From Octopus vulgaris (taxonomy: Eukaryota): a stretch of DNA of 64,000 bases. Positions 56,501-64,000 of the stretch are shown here, piece by piece. The notes below the pieces were generated by a model that was not told the DNA's origin, made no database searches, and saw nothing but the letters and a program-made list of their open reading frames with translations. How positions within the stretch are numbered: position 1 is the first letter of the stretch; each line of letters starts with the position of its first letter. The stretch spans positions 36,642,001 to 36,706,000 of the forward strand of contig OX597821.1 of the NCBI GenBank assembly GCA_951406725.2. Direction: 5' to 3'. The position numbers and the translations under genes are program-made.

Positions 56501-56709
56501 GAGCGAGCGAGTGAGTGACTGATCGAGCGAGCGAGTGAGTGAGTGACTGATCGAGCGAGCGAGTGAGTGACTGATCGAGCGAGCGATCGAGTGAGTGAGT
56601 GACTGATCGAGCGAGCGAATGAGTGACTGACTGATCGAGCGAGTGAGTGACTGACTGATCGAGCGAGTGAGTGACTGACTGATCGAGCGAGTGAGTGAGT
56701 GAGTGAGTG
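56501..56709. repeat. Minisatellite built from GAGC/GAGT/GACT/GATC tetramers
   Basis: About 7 units punctuated by gactgatcgagc, with variable numbers of tetramers. Confidence 0.9.
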
Positions 56710-57108
56710 AAAGAAAGATTTAGTAATGTTAAGGGGTAACCGTTTGTGGGTCGCTACAGCTGACGAAGGGGATGAAAAGGATCAGTAAATATTAGATGAG
56801 GCTAGTCGTAGTAGTATCGGTGGTTTGGGTTCTAGTGTTGCTGGTAGTGTGCCTTGTAAATGGAAAGAAGGATGTAGGAAAAAGGTAAGCCAGAACGGAC
56901 AAGAGAGAATGGCGGTGTGTTTTAAGAAGCAGTAACTACGTTTATATTTAGCAAAATTTCATATCTTCCCCGAAGCCATCACTCTGCCGTTTGAAAACTT
57001 AAAGACACAGAACGGTTGTGTCGCGTAGATAACTAGAAACGGTGTTTCTTGAAGCCAAACAAAAGTACCTTTCCTGGGACTGCCACATTAAGTTGGCAAC
57101 AAGCCATC

Positions 57109-57173
<65 letters not shown>

Positions 57174-57250
57174 ATATGTATGCATATATATATATATATA
57201 CATGCATACGCACATACATACATACATACATACATACATACATACATACA

Positions 57251-57282
<32 letters not shown>

Positions 57283-57425
57283 CACATACAAACAAACAAA
57301 AATACCCTGTTGTTGATGTTAAAATTTTCAATGAAAGAGCCTTGAATCTAGGTTAGAAACTGGCTCTTTATTGACAAGAAATCGTGAAATAAAACTGAAC
57401 ATACATACATACATACATACATACA

Positions 57426-57456
<31 letters not shown>

Positions 57457-57835
57457 GCATGGATATGTTAGTAGAAATCTCCGGTAGTAACATTGATTAC
57501 CAAAGCAGTCTATTATGGACCAATAGCCGGATTACCACCTCCCACTTTGACGAATATGAGTTTGCAATCCAGCAACACGAAATATCAACCAAGTACCTGA
57601 TGCGCAAAAAGGATAGAGGTGCATGAAAACCAGTAAAATGAGACAACCTATGCAGACTTTGTGGGGTTAACACCAGAGATATCAACCACATCATAAGCAG
57701 TTGTCCGAAAATGTCATCACGGTGTGATGTTGTGGACAGGACACTCTATAATGAAATCCGTCGAAAGGATAACCCCAAGGACAAAGAAATAAGAACCCAT
57801 AGTATGGTAAAAGCCATAGCCACTCATAATAAAAA

Positions 57836-58062
57836 ACATATGGTTCCAGGTTCAATCTCACTGCGTGGCACTTGGACAAGTGTCTTCCACTAGAGACTCG
57901 AGCCGACCAACACTTTCTGAGTGGATTCGGTACACGGAAAGTAAAAGAATCCCGTTGTATATACATGTGTGTTTGTGTATGTGTCTTTGCCAGCCCCCCC
58001 CCCTACACACAGAATCACTTGAAAGCCAATGTTGGTGTGTTTATGTCCCTATAACTTGTCGG
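57836..58062 (+). mobile_element. SINE family A partial
   Basis: catatggttccaggttcaatctcactgcgtggcacttggacaagtgtcttc. Confidence 0.75.
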
Positions 58063-58166
58063 TGGATTCATCGAATAGGTGTGATAAAAGAATTCTCAAG
58101 ATTACTTATAGTATGTGCCTATAGTAGAAAGGATTATTACCAATAACATTTTTATTATTGTATATA

Positions 58167-58572
58167 AGTTAAGTTAATTTTTTGGTTCAAAAAGCAAAAA
58201 GCAAGGCCATGTAGGGGGACATGGAGTTATGTACAGGGAGGGTGTTCATGCAAAGAGTTCAGGCCATTTCTGGTCAAGAGAGACTTTGAACCGAGCGGTC
58301 GTCGGCATCTTCACTATCTCGTCCGGCAGCTTGTTCCACGGATCCGCAACCCGGACGGAGAAAGCCCCTCTCTTTCGATTGAGATGAAATCGTCGCAGAT
58401 AGAGCTTTTCGGAGTGACCCCGCAGCCAACGCTCTGGAGCAGGAGTGAAGAACAGCTCTTTCGAGAGATTACACTTATGATGTTGTGAGCAAGAATGAGA
58501 TTACCACGGCGTCGTCGTTTTTCTAGAGAATAAAGGTCGAGCGTCTTCAGCCTTTCTTCATAAGACAAATGT
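58167..58572 (-). mobile_element. CR1-group LINE 3' end (same family as 28020-28395)
   Basis: SYEERLKTLDLYSLEKRRRRGNLILAHNII, then a frameshift; nucleotide sequence closely matches the 28 kb copy. Confidence 0.85.
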
Positions 58573-58576
58573 TGGT

Positions 58577-59052
58577 AAGGCGGTGGGCTAGCATAATCGT
58601 AACTGCGCCGGGCAAAATGCTAAGTGACAACTCGTCCGTCTTTAAGTCCTGAGTTCAAATTCCGCCGAGGTCGACTTTGCCTTTCATCTTTCCTGGGTCG
58701 ATTAAATAAGTACAAGTCAAGTACTGGGGTCGATGCAATCGACTAGTCTGCGTCCCCAAAATGTCCGGCCTTGTGTCTATAAAAGAAAGAGTTATTGTAT
58801 TTGTTGGTAAGGCGGTGGGCTGATAGAAATGTTATTGCGCCGGACAAAATACTTAGTGGCAACTTGTCCGTCTTTACGTCCTGAGTTCAAATTCTGCCGA
58901 GATTGACTTGTCCTTTCATCCTTTCGGAGTCGATAAAATAAGTACCAGTTGAACACTCGGGTCGATAGAATAAGAACCATTTGAACACTGGGTCAATGTA
59001 GTCGACTTACATCTCAACCGAAATTGCTGGTGTTGTGCCAATATTTGAAACC
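58577..59052 (+). mobile_element. Two tandem SINE family B copies
   Basis: Both begin tgttggtaaggcggtgggct (about 58570 and 58801). Confidence 0.85.
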
Positions 59053-59494
59053 ATTTTATTATGTATTTTGGTATTGTTGCTTCTGATGAGGATGATGAGG
59101 ATGATTATGTGCTATTGTCTTCTTCTTCTTCTTCTTCTTCTTCTTCTTCTTCTTCTTCTTCTTCTTCTTCTTCTTCTTCTTCTTCTTCTTCTTCTTCTCC
59201 TCCTCCTTCTCCTTCTTCTTCTTCCAATCAGGACTCACAAAGAATAATCTCTAATTCGAGCCTACTCTAAGCTACTAAGAATGCGTGTGGCAACTTGAAG
59301 ATCCACCCACCACACGCGATAGACTGGTGGTTGCACGGGCGCGAAAGCTACGTTGTTATTCTCATTCCGTAAACGGTGGCTTTTAACGGAAGGAAATCTG
59401 AACCACCCTAGGGTACAGAAGATTCGCAATCTAGACTAGAGTGTGGAAGTTTACCACACCATAGTGGGTTACACCATGGTTCCTCTGCTTTGTG

Positions 59495-59703
59495 GAAGAA
59501 GTAGGAAGAAAGAGTGAGAGAAAGTTGTGGTGAAAGAATACTGCGGGGTTCGCCCCCCCACACACACACACACACTGCCGGGGCGTCGTGGAGCTTAGGT
59601 GTTTTTGCTCAATAAAGACTCACAATGCTCGGTCTAGGTATCGAAACCGCGTTTTTATGACCAGGAGTCCGCTGCCTTAACCACTTGGCCATTGCGCTTC
59701 CAC
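59495..59703 (-). mobile_element. SINE family D 5' part
   Basis: Minus strand gtggaagcgcaatggccaagtggttaaggcagcggact...ggtttcgatacc tRNA-like head; matches 755-1034. Confidence 0.7.
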
Positions 59704-59849
59704 TGCTGTTGTTGTTGTGGTTATTACCGATGGCGATGTTGATATTTTTATTTTATGGGAGACGGGTATCTAACAACAAATATTGTTCTTTATTACGCAA
59801 GACTAAGCAGCTAAATATGCGCTACAGAATAGCTACAAAACATGACTGA

Positions 59850-59900
<51 letters not shown>

Positions 59901-59946
59901 ATGTGTGTGTGTGTGTGTCTGTCTGTGTATGTATGCATGTACATGA

Positions 59947-59988
<42 letters not shown>

Positions 59989-60053
59989 GCATAACCACGT
60001 ATTTACAGATATATGAGCCCAAATACACGCATATATGTATGGATATGAACACT

Positions 60054-60115
<62 letters not shown>

Positions 60116-60631
60116 TATGTATATGTTGCTGTATACAACGATTCTGGTGAATTATCACCGGAACCATGAGAAATTAACTGTAATTTGCTTGAAAGCGTAT
60201 CGTCATTGATAGCCTTGTTACTATTTTGTAACGAGGATATAAATAATAAGGGTTTCGAGCGGGGGTGGGAGCAGTGACTGTGCGTGCATCGAGAGAAAAC
60301 AGAATGATCATCTCTGGAAATGCGTGACGTGTGATGTTGTTAATCACAGCTAAACTACATCTTTCACTGGACTTTGGCTTTGATTCCATGCAAAAAAAAG
60401 TTTTCTTCTAATTTTCCTTCATTTTGTAAGTTAATAGGAACATCTGCCCCCACCTCCTCCTCATCATCATCGTCATCATCATCATCATCATCATCGGCGA
60501 CAGCGGCGGTGTGCAACTCATCATTATTATCATCACCATCCATTCATCATATCACCATCATCGGTATTTTCGCTGTTGTCGCTATCGTCTACGTATGCAC
60601 GTGAGCATCGCCATTATATTCACTGCTTTCA

Positions 60632-60820
60632 AAGCGGCGAGCTGGTAGAATCGTTAGAACGCCGGACAAAATGATTAGCGGCATTTCGTCCATTTTTACG
60701 TTCTGAGTTCAAATTCTGCCGAGGTCCTTTCGGGATCGATAAAATAAGTACCACTAAGGTCGATGTAATCGATTCATCCCTCCCTCATAATTACAGGCTT
60801 TTGTGCCTATGTTTGAAAGC
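60632..60820 (+). mobile_element. SINE family B
   Basis: gcggcgagctggtagaatcgttag...cgttctgagttcaaattctgccgagg. Confidence 0.85.
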
Positions 60821-60835
60821 ATTATATTCAGTCTC

Positions 60836-60914
<79 letters not shown>

Positions 60915-61544
60915 TACATACATATATATATAACACATAAATCATAAAGCTCTAAAAGAAATGGCAGGTGCCAAAAACCTACATATATGTTTCGATTCAT
61001 ACCTCCAAGTGATAAGTAATTCTAAGCATTTGTGTAGGGTCTTATTCTAAGAATCGGTCCTCATTTTCCACTATATGGGGCAGAATTTCACCAGGGCTTT
61101 ATGAGCTTATACTACAACGGTTAACATATTTCTCCAAAGGATGCAGAGGAATAACTAATAAGTTTAAGAAGTTAGAACATATATATTACTCGTATGTATT
61201 TAGCTATGAATTATCGATGTAAGAAAGATAAAATAAAATAAAAAATAAAAATAACATACAAATTAAGTAAAGAAAATATGAATGTATGTAAAATAGTATA
61301 TAAATTTAAATAAAAGGAATGAACGTTATTTAAATATGCAAAGGAAGAATTATTTAATAAAATGAATGAAGGATAAGTTAGATAGTAAAAAATGATTAGT
61401 CGACCGTTATAAATGAATTATTTTCATGGGTTTGATAATAGTTCGGGAAATCTATGAAAGCTTAGCGTTCACAACATGTTTAAAATCTGGTCATATTTAA
61501 AATCTAGAAGAGACAAAAGTTTGAAAAATTTGACCGTTATGATA

Positions 61545-61742
61545 TGTATCTTAAAAGCCGTTCATGTAAAACCTTAGTCGTCTCGTTGTTCGAAAAAAAG
61601 TTCGTTTTTCATGCTTTTCTTTCTTATGTTCTTGTTTCTCATTTTGTTCGCGATTTTTTTGTTTTGGCATCCTGTACCCATATATGCATGTATATATACA
61701 TATATATATGTAAGTATGTACATACATGTATATATATATATA

Positions 61743-61815
<73 letters not shown>

Positions 61816-62481
61816 GTATGTATATTATTTATATTATTATATGATCGAACGCCACGCATCCATTTCCAAGTAAGTTTTGTCTTAATAATTCCGATACGCA
61901 CACTACAACCTATCTCTTTTATATCTCCCTCTCTTGTTCTTCTTCCTTTCTGTTTTTCTCTCCCAACCTTTTTCTAATTCTTCTTCTCTCCCCTTCACCG
62001 TTCCCCTCTCTCCCTCACGCTTTCTCCTTGTCTCTCTTGTTGCTCACACGTGACCAACGGCTATCTATCTTTCTTTCTTCCACTTCCTTCCTAAAGACAA
62101 GACGTGCTTTTGACTGTCTCTTTTCAAAGCTCGCTTCTCCAGCGTTCACCACTTTACCTCGTTATGGCTCAACAGCCTTTCCCGTTTCTTTTTACTATTT
62201 GTTTACACTATCCTGTTTTTGTCACTACTTTAACCCTCCACAAATCCCAATATTTTTTTAATTTGCTTTACGGGAACGACTGTTTTAAGGAAGTCGCGTC
62301 CTGCTCCTACGTTCGAAACGCGGAGTAGATAAAACTGATGAAGGGAATGTTCGTTATGTTGCCTGTCTCATTTCTCTATTTGTTTCTTTTGTTGTTCGAA
62401 AAAAAAAAGATCGTTTTCCATGTTTTTGTTTTGTATGTTCTCGTTTCTCATTTTGTTCACGTTCTTTTGACGTCCTGTACC

Positions 62482-62483
<2 letters not shown>
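61545..62483 (+). mobile_element. Two copies of a (TA)n-associated repeat (61545-61680 and 61850-62483)
   Basis: Shared 3' part gttgttcgaaaaaaa..gtttctcattttgttc..tcctgtaccca, each followed by TA-rich repeat. Confidence 0.6.
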
Positions 62484-62554
<71 letters not shown>

Positions 62555-62608
62555 GTATATATATGTATGTACTTATATGTATGTATATATGCACATATAT
62601 ATATATAT

Positions 62609-62662
<54 letters not shown>

Positions 62663-63333
62663 ACACTCAAAATAAATCTACTTATTAAATTTATTTTCAT
62701 TTATCTATTATCAGAAAGGTTAAGTTGTTTGAGCTATGTTATGGAAAGTTTAATATCTAAAATTGGTCGTTTATGAGATCAAATAAAAAGAAAAGTTGAA
62801 ACGAGTGAGTGAAGAGAATAAGAATAATTCTCTCGAAATGTAACACAACGCAATGTTAACATTTTTTTTCGAAATACAACAGCATTCTGTCTCAGAGGAT
62901 ACTCGGAGAGTGAACCGATTTGTATGAATCTGCCTATAGAGTAACTTAAAATACATACACAATTTCACTCTCATGGCATTGGTCAACTCAAAGCTATGGT
63001 AAAAGACATATACCCTGGTTCAAGTCTCGTCAGATATTTATAGTCGCAACACAAATGTACTGAGCGCTTTAATTTGCTAAACCTATCAAAAGCTTATATA
63101 TATGTGTCTGTGTTTGTGTGTGTGTGTGTGTTTATAAGTGTGTGTGTATATATATATATACATTTATTCACACACAGATTTATTTATACATATTATATAC
63201 ATGCGTGGTATAAATGACATTACTAGGTTAACATTACTTGCATAAGAAATGACGAAATAAATTTAATATTCAGCCAGAACACCCTGGATAGCTTGATTTC
63301 ACATGATTTTGCGCGTTTTTTTTATTAATGTAG

Positions 63334-63372
<39 letters not shown>

Positions 63373-63448
63373 CGTGTGTGCATGTGTGTCTGTGTGTGTG
63401 ATGCGAGTGTGTGTATGTATGCATATATATATATAGATACATACATAC

Positions 63449-63912
63449 GTACAAGGTCTAATCGATAAGTATCCGGAATGTTGCCATAGTAACGATGCTA
63501 AAGCACACAGAGTGAAGCTGCTTGGCACAGATTTACAATAGTGCTTGGGATGAAGATGTGTAGCGTGTGATCGTCGCACTGAACATGACAAAGTTGAGCA
63601 GAGAATCTGCATTAAATTTTGCCAAAAGCTTGGTGATACCTGCTCAGAGACCTACACAGTTTTCAAAAAGTTTTCATCATTCTCGACGCAGTCAAAAACA
63701 TCTTGTACAACTGAAACCCGAGTGCCTTTTTGATCAGCTGAAGGCAGTTTGGGCACAAGCTTGGCAGATACGAGTCTCATACCCAAATTTTCAGTGATAA
63801 TGGACTGAACTGAACCGTAACTAACCTGTACGTCTTCTGATAACTCACGAATGGTGATTCGACCATTTCCCCTCACAGCTACACACACATCTGTGATATT
63901 TTTCTCAGTTCT
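63449..63912. mobile_element. Mariner fragment with internal inversion
   Basis: Plus strand TIR tacaaggtctaatcgataagt and KVEQRICIKFCQKLGDTCSETY; minus strand 63652-63912 GRITIRELSEDVQVSYGSVQSIITENLGMRLVSAKLVPKL...NDENFLKTV. Confidence 0.85.
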
Positions 63913-64000
63913 ACATACATACAATCATACATACATGTATGATTGTATGTATGTACGGAGGTACGTCTGTCTGTCTTTTCCTCTCTCTCGATATATATAT

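Noticed and set aside
56501-56709. CRISPR-like regular repeats
   Set aside because: No unique spacers, no cas genes, eukaryotic context

Overview
AT-rich eukaryotic DNA full of microsatellites and transposon debris. The SINE families and repeat landscape resemble an octopus (coleoid cephalopod) genome; this is inferred from repeat recognition only. No host protein-coding gene is recognisable, and almost all ORFs in the track are translations of simple repeats. The real coding remnants are a 5'-truncated Penelope-like element (RT thumb plus GIY-YIG, 31217-32314 minus), two CR1-type LINE 3' ends, an RTE 3' end and two mariner fragments. Non-coding repeats include about 25 tRNA-SINE copies, a non-autonomous Helitron and several MITEs, one nested in another's terminal repeat. 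The main unexplained structure is a set of about 11 type I hammerhead-ribozyme folds, found by eye. They sit in sequence-diverse AT-rich inserts between (TA)n tracts, and one lies in the 3' region of the Penelope ORF. They have long stem II insertions and palindromic stem III. They occur in foldback pairs, in a permuted tandem unit, with a recurrent CCGANGA core, and once with the core flipped by a 7-nt micro-inversion. Ribozyme activity is untested.
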